Source: Mustelus asterias (Eukaryota). Taken from it: a stretch of DNA of 64,000 nucleotides. The notes below the pieces were generated by a model, which saw only the letters and a program-made list of their open reading frames with translations, ran no database searches and was not told the origin of the DNA. Positions within the stretch are counted from its first letter, which is position 1; each line of letters opens with the position of its first letter. Location of the stretch: the NCBI RefSeq assembly GCF_964213995.1, contig NC_135819.1, positions 34,348,001 to 34,412,000 of the forward strand, given 5' to 3'. The position numbers and the translations under genes are program-made. Positions 12,931-25,303 of the stretch are shown in pieces.

Positions 12931-13897
12931 ACAACCAATAACCACAAGCAATTCCAAAGTCTAGACTAATGACAGCTAGCCACTAGCTTTATTAATGTGG
13001 TAGGTTGGCAATATAAAATAGGAAAATGAAGGAAAGCAGTTCCAAAGAAGCATCATATTCAACTCAAAACTTTAGCTTGGTTTCTCTCTCCATAGCTGCT
13101 GAACATTTCCAGCATTTTTGTTTTATAATAGGACACTTCTGTATATCATTGAGATACGTGAGGTTTATCCAAAGGTGTGCAGGTTAGGTGGATTGGCCAT
13201 GCCAAATTGCCCCTTAGTGTCCCATGATGTGTGGGTTAGGGGGATTAGTGGGGTAAATATGTGAGGTTAAGGGGATTGGACCTTGGTGGGATGCTCAATT
13301 GAAGAGCTGGTACACTCTCTGCCTTCTAATCTCATACAGACAGACCTTCACTCACATTGAGTGTATTCTGTGCTGAATTAATTGCCAGGCCACTGGTTGC
13401 AAGATTGTCCATGGCTAATCCACCTAACCTGTACATCTTTGGACTGTGGAAGGAAACCAGAGCACCCAGAGGAAACCCACACAGACACAGGGAGAGCGTG
13501 CAAACTCTACATCCTTTCATTGTAGCAGCAAATTGTTCCTTAAAAAATGCCGAGGCATTTGTCTCCAATACATTGACTGGAACTTTAGTCCACATGTTGA
13601 TGACATTGAAGAAGTATTTAGATGATTCCTTGAAATGCCATATACAAGGCTATGGGCCAAGTGCTGGAAAATGGGATAAAAATAAATAAGTGTTTAGTGC
13701 CTGGTGTGGACATGATGGGTCGAAGGCTATAAAACTCTATGACTATACTACCACATCAATAAGCATATAATATTGACACCCAACAACACAAAATGGAATT
13801 CCCATTTATTCTTGCAAATCAATGGGGTTTTAATCATTTAATTTTTTTATTTCCAGTCCAAGATGAGACTGACAGTAACTTGTTTACTGACTTATCT

Positions 13898-14173
13898 TCT
13901 CATAGTGCCAGGGACCCGGGTTTGATTCATTGCTTAGGTCACTGTCTGTGCAGAGTCTGCACGTTCTCCCCGTGTCTGCGTGGGTTTGCTCCGGGTATTT
14001 CGGTTTCCTCCCACAATCCAAAAGATGTGCAGGTTCGGTGAATTGGCCGTGCTAAATTCTCCCTCAGTGTACCCAAACAGGAGCCGGAGTGTGGCGACTA
14101 GGGGGTTTTCACAGTAACTTCATTGCAGTGTGAATGTAAGCCTATTTATGACTAATAATTAAACTTTAACTTT
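13898..14173 (+). mobile_element. HE1-like V-SINE, type b tail, 5'-truncated
   Basis: Match to other copies. Confidence 0.82.
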
Positions 14174-15039
14174 ATTTTTGTTTTGTTTATGATGTAGGAG
14201 TTAGCTGCAAAGATTTTGGTTCATAAATCCAAGCGATGGAGCAGGCCTCAGATTTATCAGACGGTGCAAAATGTTATTGAAGTCACTGAAGCTTCTTCTG
14301 GTTCCTTGGAATGTTGCTAACCTTCTAAGAGAAATCTCCTTTGCTTTGAAGGGTCAATTTACAGTTGGCTCTAAATGTTTGGAGGGTCAAATGTTTGGAA
14401 AGTCAACATTCTTTTAGGAATATCTCCAGGTTATCAGAGAAAATACCTTCAGCAAGCTCAAGATTCTTCACTGCTAGAAGTTGTTTTGAGTATTTTGTTG
14501 ACTCCTCCAGGAGTTAAAGGAATGAAATATGACCAGCCCACGTCCCTCTGCACCTGGTGTACCTCATCCTCACAGGTCATACAGCCTGTGGCACAGTGGT
14601 TAGCACTCTGCCTCAGATTCAATTCCATCCTCAAGTCAGTGCGTGTGTGAAGTTTGCATGTTCTCCCTGTCTGCATGGGTTTCCTCCGGGTGCTAGTTAA
14701 AACAGCTTATGCATTTCCCAGAGCTGCTCATCTGAACTGCATTTGACTTAGAGTTACAAAATTGGATGTTGTTTGAGTTCAGGGAAGGTGGGTATAGTTT
14801 GGGAACAAAAGGCAATCTCAGAGAAATGGTGTGTTTAACTATTCATATACTTAAGTGTCGTAGTGTATTATGCTGCAAAGTTGAGTAGAATGTTAGATTT
14901 TGGGGTTTGTAAAATTATAAAAAAAGATGTAAAATGCTTAGAGTTGTAAAATTGCATGGTCTGTTAAAAAGGTAGTTTCTTTTCTGTACTTGAGTTTTTA
15001 AAAAAGTGCAGGTGCATGCAGTACATAGACTGAAACATT

Positions 15040-15156
15040 GGGCGGAATTTGGCTGGCATATCCACCCGAGATTCGTACAATCCCACCCGAGAATGGCGTT
15101 CTCCGAGCCTTGCCTGCACTCGGAATCAGGGCAGGTATGCCAGTAAAATTCCGGCC
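15040..15156. mobile_element. Small MITE, probably PIF/Harbinger-type
   Basis: ~21-bp imperfect TIRs gggcggaatttggctggcata / tatgccagtaaaattccggcc; 3-bp flanks att/gtt. Confidence 0.6.
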
Positions 15157-17879
15157 GTTGTATCGAGAGGCTAGGTAGCAGTGTTTCCAAGATAACAGGC
15201 TATTTTTGAAGTTTACCCAATCAGTTTAAATTAAGCATTTGAATAACAGTAGTCTATCAGATTTGAATTTGACGAGTAAACCAATCCTATTGTGGGGATG
15301 TTGCTATGTCATCAGAGGTATAACAGCCAGCTCCAAGCTAGAGAACCAGCCAGCAACTGCCTCTGCCAGTGTAACAGCCACGTTTATGTCTGAAAAGAAA
15401 GTCTCATCTCAATAGTGAAGACAGAAGATTCTGGAAGATAAAACCTGGTTGTATTTTGAGAGTGACTAAAAATTCTATTTCTTTGTTAATAAGTGGAAAT
15501 TGTATTTATCTAAATAGCATTTCATTGTGGTTAAGCTAGTCCTCCGAGAGGGGGTTAAGTTCCCTTCCATAACAATTATTGTCTGTCTTGTTCTGTATTC
15601 TTCGCTTTTACTTTGATAAATACTCCTTGTTAATTGTTTACATAAAAACTGGATTGTATTCTGACCGAGTTGCACGTGGCTCCTCACATTAATCCAAACT
15701 AATATACACAACTACAATCAGTGTTTAAAGTTGAGACACTTGTATACAACACCAAAAGATTGGAGGCTCTTGACTGGGACTTTAAAAAGCATAATCCCTT
15801 GGGCATAGGGAACTTGTGACTTAGTATACGTAACGAGAGCAAAGAACGCATGAGAATGTGTTATTTAAAATAAAAGGAGATTGCAAAGATATCTCTTGCC
15901 ATGCCTAAGGATTATCTGGAAGTAGACAATATAACCTTAGCAAGTTTGAAAAGTGTGCCCAAAACCAAGTTGATGGAATTGGCAGAGAAATAGGAATTAG
16001 TCTCATAGAAGGCTGAGGTAATTTTTAAAAATGTTTAAAAATACAAGATTCGTCAGATAAATCAAGTTCTCCCACAAGGAAGGCAATCGAATGAGCTCAA
16101 CTTCACTTGAAAATGAAATAATTAGAAATGGAGGAAAAAAGCTCAACAGAACAAGATAGAAATGAAGAAATGCAGGAAAACATGGAGCAACTAGAAATGC
16201 AAGAGAAAGGGAGTTTCAAAGTGAGATGGAAAAAGTCACAAATGAAGAAAGGGAAAAGAGAGGGAGAATTTCAACTTCAGATGTGGGCAGTGGGCAAAGA
16301 CAGACCAGAGCAGAGCGAGGAAGAAGTTCTAGACATGAACCTAGTAGAGAGATGTTTAAATTTGTGCTGGCACTTCCAAAATTTGATGAAAAGGACGCAG
16401 AGCCATTTTTCCCATTTTTGAGTGAATAGCTAAACAGATGAAACTGCCACAAAATATACAATTTTTTTTTGTTTCGCGGGACATGGGGGTCGTTGGCTGG
16501 CCACCATTTATTGCCCATCCCTAGTTGCCCGAGGACAATTTAAAGTCAACCACGTTGCTGGGTCTCTAGAGTCACATGTAGGCCAAACCAGATAAGGATG
16601 GCAGATTTCCTTCCCTAAAAGGGCATTAGTGAATCAGATGGGTTCTTCCAACAATCAATCAAACAACAATGGTTTCATGGTCATCAGTAGATTGTTAATT
16701 CCTGATTTTTTAAATGATTTCAAACTCCACCATCTGCCGTGGCGGGATTCAAACGTGGGTTCCCAGAACATTAGCTGAGTTTCTGGATTAATCATCTAGC
16801 AACAATACCACAGTGCTTTCGCTTACTTTACAAAGTAAACTTGGAGGTAGAGCGAGTGAAGCCTATGCCTGTTGGGTAGAGGAAAAGTCTGGAGAATGAG
16901 ACAGTGAAGCCAGCTATATTGACTGCTTAAGGGCTATTACCGGAGGTTTACAGACTAAAGTTTCAAAATGTAAGAAAAAAAAATGTCTGGACAAACATAT
17001 ACTGAATTTGAAAGAGTGAAACAAAGTAATTTTGATAGGTGGCATGGGAGCATTAAAAGTAGAAGAAAATTCTGAAGCCCTTCGAGAGATAATTCTGTTG
17101 TAAAAATTCAAAGACTCATTACCTGCAATGATAAGGACTCACCTGGGAGGTACAGAGTTAAAATTACAAGACAAGCAGAAGAGCTTGCTGATGATTATGA
17201 GGTAGTTGACATGTCAAAGCCTTCCTCTGGGCTTCTTTTAAATCCGAGATAGATAGAAAATGGGGAGGTGCGAGAAAGGACAGTCAAGCAAGAAGACTTC
17301 GCTTCAAAATAAAAATATAGTCTTAAGGAAATTAAATTGTCACCGACAGAAGTATTCTACACTTGAAAAACAGATGTTAAGCTTGGTACTGACATTACAA
17401 CATTGAGATTTATGTTGCCAGTAAGCCCACAGTAACAATATATACTGCCCAAATCCTGTAAAATTTCTGGAGCAAATTTGAGATCAGAACACAGGTCATG
17501 ATGGAGTCTGCTGTTGCAACCATTTGACTTAAAAATTGTTTATGTGGCTGGAAGAAAAAATGTCACGGCAGACGATTTCTTGAGGGTCTAAAAGAGACTT
17601 CTGAGAACATTGGGTATAAATTCTCTGGGGTATATTTAATTGTTCATGCATGCTCTTAAATCTTTGTAACAGTTGATAAGATAGAACTAAAAACATTTGA
17701 GAAATGAAATTGTTTTGCAAATTAACATTTCATTTTTAAGAGGGGACATGCCCGGGATCTGCCTAGCAACAGCAGTAACAAGAATTTAAAAAGACATGAT
17801 GGGATATGATTTACCCAGCAACAGGTAGAAAGATGCCAAGTGAAAGCAGTGGCCAGCATTCTAAAGGCATGATGAGATA

Positions 17880-18590
17880 AGACCATAATAGGAACAGGAG
17901 TAGGCTGTTCTGCCCCTCAAGCCTGCTCCGCCATTCAATAGGATCATGGCTGATCCAATATTCCTCACATCCACTTCCCTGCCCTTTCCCTGTAACCCTC
18001 AGTTCCCTTACTGATCAAAAGTCTATAGATCGCAGCCTCAAATATACACAAGGACTCTGCCCCCACAGCTCTCTGTAGCAAGGAGCTCCAAAGACCCAAC
18101 CATCTGAGAAGAAAAAATTCTTCCTCAACTTTGTCTCAGATTAAAGGGGCACAAATACAAGACTATGCCCTCTGGTCCAACTCTCACATGAGGGGAAACA
18201 TCCTCTCAGCATTTATCCTATCAATCCCCTTCATCCTACTTGTTTCAATGAGATCACCTCTCATTCTTCTAAATTCCAATCAGTCCCAACCGATTTAATC
18301 CTCTCATAAAATAATCCCTCCATACCAGGGATCATCCTAATGAACCTTCTCTGAACTGCCTCCAATGAAATATCTTTCCTTAAACAAGGGCACCAAACTG
18401 CTCAGTGCTCCAGATGTGGTCTCACCTTGTACAGTTGCAGCAAGACTTTCCTACTCTTCTCCTCCAATAGTCTTGAAATAAGATCCAACATTCTATTAGC
18501 CTTCCTGATTACCTGCTGCAACTGTGTACCAGCTTTTGTGTTTTGCGCAAAGCACCCCAAGTCCCTTTGCATTGCAGCTTTCTTTCTCCC
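17880..18590 (-). mobile_element. Degraded CR1 3' fragment inside the 3' LTR region
   Basis: QQVIRKANRML..LLQLYKVRPHLE; CR1 3' UTR. Confidence 0.82.
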
Positions 18591-19205
18591 TTCCAAAATG
18601 ATCTTTCCAGTAACAAGATTAGCAGGCATCGAGACAGAATCAGGAATAAATTGCCGATAGTAGAAACAGCTTACCTAGATGACCGAAAGATCGGCGGCAG
18701 TATACACTTGCTAATTTCTAGTCAATTAATTTGAGATGCAGACAACACAAAATAATCAGAGGCAAAATGGTACAAGTGCCAGCACACCCAGGGGGTAAGA
18801 GGCTAGTTTACGTCCCACAGCCCAAGAGGCTACTTTACATCTAACAGCTTGAGAGACAAGTGAATATCTGTTGCGCCCCCCCCCCCCCCCCCCCACCCCA
18901 GAGGCTAGTTTCCATCTAACAGGCAGACAGGTCAAATTCTTCTGAGAGCCTTGTTCTATCTAACATTGAGAGCCTCAGCAGATGTTCTGCTCGCCTCGCT
19001 GAACCAACAAAAGACAGTTTCCCAGACCTGGGTACCTAAGCTGTATTGTGTGGTAACTATGAGCTAGATTTGACTTAGTTATAAAATTGGATGGGGAAAG
19101 TGGTGTCTCTGAGTTCAGGGAACTTGGCTGTAGTTTGGGAACCAGAGGTAATCTCAGAGAAAGTGTGTTTAATCATTCATATGCTTAAGTGTCATAGTGT
19201 ATTAT

Positions 19206-19530
19206 TTCCACTTAGTAAGGAAGTTAAAACTAGAGGACACAGCCTCAAAATAAAGGGGGGTCGGTTTAAGACAGAGTTGAGGAGGAACTTCTTCTCCCAG
19301 AGGGTGGTGAATCTCTGGAATTCTCTGCCCACTGAGGTGGTGGAGGCTACCTCGCTGAATATGTTTAAAGCGCGGATGGATGGATTCCTGATCGGTAAGG
19401 GAATTAAGGGTTATGGGGATCAGGCGGGTAAGTGGTACTGATCCACGTCAGATCAGCCATGATCTTATTGAATGGCGGGGCAGGCTCGAGGGGCTAGATG
19501 GCCTACTCCTGCTCCTATTTCTTATGTTCT
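19206..19530 (+). mobile_element. Very young 5'-truncated CR1 3' end
   Basis: One substitution relative to 39298-39623; possible tattat TSD at 19200-19205 and 19531-19536. Confidence 0.93.
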
Positions 19531-20416
19531 TATTATAGCCTTTTGATTGTGTATTCTTTTTCTTTAATACTCTTTATTAATTGTTTACATAAAGACTTCT
19601 CTCACATTAATCCAAATATACAGCAATACACACCTGTGTTTCAAGTTGGCACACTTGCATATAAATCAGCCACGTTTGTAATAGCAGTTTAATTGAAGTT
19701 TGGGAAAGAGGGATATTCACCCGAGTATTTTGGGTGAATAGAAATCAACGTAGTGCCAGACTCGGAGGGTCAAAGTAATGAACCTGGTGTGGCTAACCAG
19801 TCAAGAGGTTTGGAAAGATATGGAAAATTAAGAAAAAAGATTAACCTTCACGAGCAAAGAGAAGTAAAACTTGAGCTAAAGAAAATAGGACAGGAGTTTA
19901 GTCTTTTTTTCTGGAAGGCAGGAAATGTTTAAATTAGAAATAGGAAAAATGTCCCTGGAAGCTGCAGGACCTGTCCAGAAGTGCCGGAAACTGAAGAGTC
20001 CGAAATTGCTGGCCTTTTGATCTGAACAGAGCCTGCGGGGAAGGTGGAGAGGTTTTGCAGTAGGGGTCCCTGTACTGAGACACTGCAGGCAATCAAGATT
20101 TAAAGTTTTGGAAAAAAAAGAGGTCCTTTACCTGTTCAAAAAAAATGAAGACATTTTAAAAAGATGATATTGGTCCTAACTCAGTGCGGGAGCTACTAGA
20201 GAAATTGACATAATGTATTTAAAGTTGTACAACATTTAATGCAAAACCACAAGGAAAGACAAGGGACAGGAAAATCAGCGAAGACTCCAGATAGAGGACA
20301 ACTATCAAAAAGGGGCTCCCTAAGCAAAACAAGACCGCAAAGGAAATTAAGACCTCAAAGAGGAGGCAATGCCAGACTCACAGTAGGCAGTGAAAGATCC
20401 CAGAGAAGATCAAGTG

Positions 20417-20685
20417 TGTTAGTGTCACAAGTAGGCTTACATTAACACTGTATTGAAGTTACTGTGAAAATCCCCTAGTCGCCACACTCCAGTACCTGTT
20501 CGGGTACACTGAGGGAGAACTTAGCATGGCCAATGCACCAAACCAGCATGTATTTCGGACTGTGGAAGGAAACCCACGCAGACATGGGGAGAATGTGCAG
20601 ACTCTGCACAGACAGTGACCTGAACTGGGAATCAAACCTGGGACCCTGGTGCTGAGGCAGCAGTGCTAACCACTCTGCCACCATC
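20417..20685 (-). mobile_element. HE1-like V-SINE, type b tail
   Basis: Match to other copies. Confidence 0.8.
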
Positions 20686-21116
20686 AGGGGATTGAGCACT
20701 GGACAACCCTTGTGGGGGAGGAGGGGGGGGGGGGGGGTGGGGAAGCAGGGTGAAAGAAAAGCACCAGATGGCCCTGGAAGGGGATGGAGATCACTGGAAT
20801 TCCTTTGGCAAGAGAACATTATGGTAGCAAAAAAAAAGCCACAATATGGCGTTAAGCTGCTGAAAAATGCTCCTGAATTGGGAATTTCTCTCAAAGAGCG
20901 AGAAGTCAAGGTTGGAACTTGGATGGAGCAATGTTCACGAGACAAATGGATTAAGAGTAAAACTTGCATACTGAGAATGAGAATCATTAACCAAAAAAAA
21001 ACAGCTTAATTGGTGATACAGACAAATCAGTTCTCAATTGAGTGAAGGCAATAGTTGGCAAATAAAGCTAAGAGGGAATAAGTTCAGGAACATAGCAGAA
21101 CAAGATTGCGGAAATG

Positions 21117-21389
21117 GGGGCGACACAGTAGTTAGCACTGCTGCTTCACAGCGCCAGGGACCCGGGTCCGATTCCCAGCTTGGATCACTGTGTGTGGTTT
21201 GCACGTTCTCCCAGTGTCTGCGTGGGTTTCCTCCGGGTGCTCCGGTTTCCTCCCACATTCTGAAAGATGTGCTGGTTAGGTGCATTAACCCGAACAGGTG
21301 CCGGACTGTGGCAACTAGGGGGATTTCACAGCAACTTCATTGCAATGTTAATGTAAGCCTCGTGACTAATAAATAAACTTTAACTTTAA
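21117..21389 (+). mobile_element. HE1-like V-SINE, type b tail
   Basis: Match to other copies; ends aataaataaactttaacttta. Confidence 0.85.
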
Positions 21390-24300
21390 AATGGTGACAC
21401 TAATAGAAATGCCAGGACGAGAAGAAACAATCACACAACCCAAATACCAGAAACAGAGTACATTGATCATGTCCCTCACAAGTGACAGATTGTGAAAGAA
21501 TTGTCAAAACATAAGACTGTTGTACTGTGATGATGTATTCTTGTATGCATTATAGTGCAAGGTGCTCAACACAGCAAAGGATCAGAGGATTAGAGAATAG
21601 CACTGTCCAGAATAAAGTGTGTAGTCTATAGTCAGTGCACAGTCTAGGACTGAATTTGAAAAGCACCAAGCCTATATGAAAACGTCTCATGCAAGACCAC
21701 ATTTGGCCTGTGCAACACTGAAGCCTACGAGAAGTTATGTCAAATGTAAACGTCAAAATCTCATCACTGAACTGCTTCAAAAATTTACAAATGCCTAACT
21801 TGTGTATAATATTTATTTAGAATGTGGGTTTGAGTCAATCAATTTTGAAGATTGTATAAAAAAGTTAAAGGGGAAGGATGTAGGTAATGAGTGTGGTGTC
21901 CATCTCTTTATGACAGTACGCAGAAAACAGTCATTTGGCTTGAGGAATCGATGGGAACCGAGAGTGATCACCAAAGAGGGTGGAGTCCTCTGTCAAAATA
22001 CATCTGGAAGTCATGGAATATACATACAAGGATTCGAGCAACCAAGCAGGCTGCAAACTCCTACATAGTTTCTCTTTATTGATAAAGAACTTTTGTTCCG
22101 AATTAAGCCCGAATTCTCCTGATGACGCCTGAAGTGCCACTGTACAACACACCTCTGCAACTTCATGTGTCTTGGCCCAGACTTCACCTCTGCTGAAACA
22201 ACTTTTATCAGTCCCAGACTCAAGTCCGTAACAGCCTCCCTACTACTGAAATCCACTGCTGACATCCTAGTCCAGCTCAACCAGCCCTACCTGTACCAAT
22301 TTCCACTGCCTTCCTGTGCCCAAATATTCCCAAACCCTTGCCTGATTTTAAAATCTCTCATTCTACCTGCTACAACCCTCCCAATCAGTTTGGATATTCC
22401 ATCTTCTCAACCTGATTTACTGTGCACCTGCTCCTCTCGTATCGTGGTTCAGTCTTCAAACGTTAACTCTCTTTATTTGGAGAATTTTCATCACTAAACC
22501 ACTAGCTTGTTTCCTACCTCCCCAGTTTCAAAATTGTCCTAAAAATCCTCTCTTGCATTGCCTGCGGTCAATTCTCCTGCCATACCTCCCAATTTCTTAT
22601 TCTGTATCAATCCCATGAAGCAAGTTATTGTTTTGCAATAAGAGTAATTACAAGATGACAGGCCTAGGAATTGTACCACAGATATCCAAGATAGTGCTAC
22701 AGAACCTTGCTGTTGAAATGGAAAAATGCATTGCTTATATTTGAATAACCATGCCTTGCTTCAGAATCAGACCTCACTAGTTGTTAGGGCATTGGAACTT
22801 CAAACACAACAGAAGTTGACAGATGAGCAGTGACTTGGGGAGAGGGGATGAGATTTCACTTTTCCAGGGGTCACCTGAAGTGTTGTTGAATCATTTCCCT
22901 TTTCATAATGTGTGCAGTCATTAGTCAAACTGTAGCATATCTGCAGCATAGCTTTGGTGATCAAACCCAACAAAAGACAAACTCCAGACTAGCCACAAAG
23001 TGAATTCAAATATCTTCAGAATATACTTACACAATATTTTTGATTCAGAACACCAGCACTACCACAGTTGCAGATCGGCTGCATTGCCAACATTTGGCTT
23101 ATTTTAGCTACATCACGAAGACAGTTTAAGAGTCATTTTTGTCAAGATTGTAGTTTCCTAACAGTGTCCTTTCCACAAGTACCCACCTGCTTTGAGGGCT
23201 GTGGAGACCAGAATGATGGATTCTGCAATTTGTTGGTTTTAAACTCATTGAAGTGAGAGACAGGCTAGGCTTGAGACTTGTGTGCTCCCGCAAACCTGTT
23301 GATTTTAGGGACATCAGATTTCTTACTTTCTTCACTACGGTGCTCATCAAATCAGGATAAATTCTATTTTCCAACTTAAAGCTATCTTTAAAGACAAACT
23401 GTAAAACAGAAAGACCTGCATTCTCACGACAGAGATGAAAAAGAGATGAACACAATGATTTCCTGACTTCCTCCCCACAATCAGTTTAATATAACAGTAT
23501 AAAAGGTTTGTTCAATAAAGGTGTGTAAGTTTGGAAGGATTGGCATATTAAATGCGTGCAAACTTTTCTTTTCAGTACAATAGAAAAATGTGGACAACCA
23601 TAATTAACTTTTATTTTCTTTCTGCAGTCTAGAAAGATGACAGAATGTCATGTTCTGGGCACATATTCACAAAAGATGCACAACGCATTGACTTCCGCTC
23701 TCAAGGTGGACAGCGGCATACAAAAAAAAATGCAATTCTGACATGTTTGGCAGTTGCCATATACATTGCAAACAAACTCTACCTACTTTGTGCTGAAACG
23801 AGTACTAGAATTTGCAGTCTTGGTTTGGTGTGCAATCAACTCGAATTCTATTCCTTTCAAATTTGAATTTTGTTTTTTTCTTCCAAAACACACCCTCATT
23901 CTTGATTACACTCTTGGCTGATTTTCCCCCAGTAGTTTATGCTGCCAGCTGAGCTAGCATCTTAGACACAATTACTTATGAAAACGTACATTCCATGAAA
24001 CTTGCACCAGCCGTTCTGGTGGTTTCATATTGTCTCACTTAGTTTTGACGTCATTTGGTTTCTGAAGTTGCAAAGTCAACAAACACCCTGACGGCCAATG
24101 AACCAACATAAATGTTAACATTAGTCTTTTCAATATTTCAAACAAGTGATCTGATATATCAGTTCAGATGGCATCAATCTCTAATTCTAAAAGAGGTGGA
24201 CTTTCTTTTTGATCAAAAATAATATCCATGCCAGAGGAAGTCAGTTATTTTTACTACTCCTGCTGTTAAACAAAAATTCTTCCATTGGCAGATAAATATA

Positions 24301-24407
24301 GGGATTACAAAAACCTGCACAGAAAAGGAAAACAACACTTAGTAACAACTACATTATGAAGGGAACATTTTGTTAAAAAAGTCAGTGATAATCTTTTGCT
24401 TCAAACA

Positions 24408-24413
24408 TTTATT
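24408..24413 (-). terminator. GOLT1B: Probable GOLT1B polyadenylation signal (AATAAA); 3' UTR ~24390-25264
   Basis: Minus strand tattgtaAATAAAtgtttg ~850 nt after the stop, in unique non-repeat sequence; other AATAAA hexamers exist (e.g. ~25151, ~23610). Confidence 0.55.
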
Positions 24414-25264
24414 TACAATAGTTTAACACCAAGAAGAACTTGCATGTTTGAAAAGATAACCTTTCTTTAAAAAAATCTGCTTACTACCTATAATCACCAT
24501 TTAAAGGTACATAATAAGTCAGATGCTCGTTTGCACAAATTTCCTGCCAAATGAGGCAGTCACAAAAGATAAAAACTCATCATTAACCTGGTCTTCGCAG
24601 GTATAACAAGAGACAATGACGTGATCAAAAATAACTGCAGGGAGAGAGACACACAATTGGGGCAAGACAATCATGAATGCAAGCTAGTTATTTTATCTAA
24701 AAGATAAGATCAGCCATACATATATTTTTAAGTGAAAAATGGGACAAGGCCTGTTCCATTCAAGTGTTTCAAAACTTGACTTGCAAACCAAGAAGTGGCG
24801 AGGTGAGATGGAGTCCTTCTGATTTTTCAAACTCGTTTTAGTTGAACAAAGGTTCAATGTTATAAAAATCAAGGTGTTCCTTCTAAGTCGGTCTTTCTTG
24901 GTCCAACTCACCCAGTGTACGGTCCACTTCTTTCCGGCTAGTCATTGAGCAGCATCGACGGTGGTGGCAGTGGAGCCCACAGCCCATCTTGCCCTTCCTG
25001 CTGGACGATGGTGGTGCAAAGCATCCCACCCAAAGGGACATCGAGAACATGGGGGAGGGGAGGAAAGGTCAAAAAGAGTGGAATTCAAAGCCATGACCAG
25101 CTTTCCCCCCTCTATGACAAAATATTTTGTAACAAAGAATGTTATCAAGTTTTATTTGCTCCTACACAGGTAACTCAGTAAAATATAAATTTAGAAATGT
25201 TTGCCTCAGGTAAACCTTATAAATATATTATACAGTATACTTCTGTAGTTGTCCATCCAGTCTG

Positions 25265-25303
25265 TTATACCATGCTGTTGCTTTCGCCAACTTTATCTAC
25301 AAA
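25265..25303 (-). CDS. GOLT1B: Golgi transport 1B, coding exon 5 (FVDKVGESNSMV*)
   Basis: ttgcag acceptor, phase 0, TAA stop; matches the vertebrate GOLT1B C-terminus. Confidence 0.96.
   Translation of the reverse strand, partial: FVDKVGESNSMV

Larger units (their letters stand above)
14700..19680 (+). mobile_element. Degenerate, internally deleted Gypsy (Gmr1-like) LTR retrotransposon with later insertions
   Basis: Direct repeats 14700-14870~19020-19205 and 15590-15750~19545-19665; gag remnants LPKFDEKDAEPFF, LQSKLGGRASEAYA, GQTYTEFERVKQSNFDRW, LREIILL, AEELADDYE; RNase H C-terminus KYSTLEK..WSLLLQPFDLKIVYVAGRKNVTAD followed by a PPT-like aagagggga at ~17738. Confidence 0.72.

Noticed and set aside
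16128-16421. Charged coiled-coil ORF
   Set aside because: Part of the decayed gag N-terminus of the LTR element
1-24300. Spexin (SPX) exons expected downstream of GOLT1B from human synteny
   Set aside because: I found no NWTPQAMLYLKG-coding or signal-peptide exon by eye; SPX probably lies beyond the window, and TBLASTN would settle it
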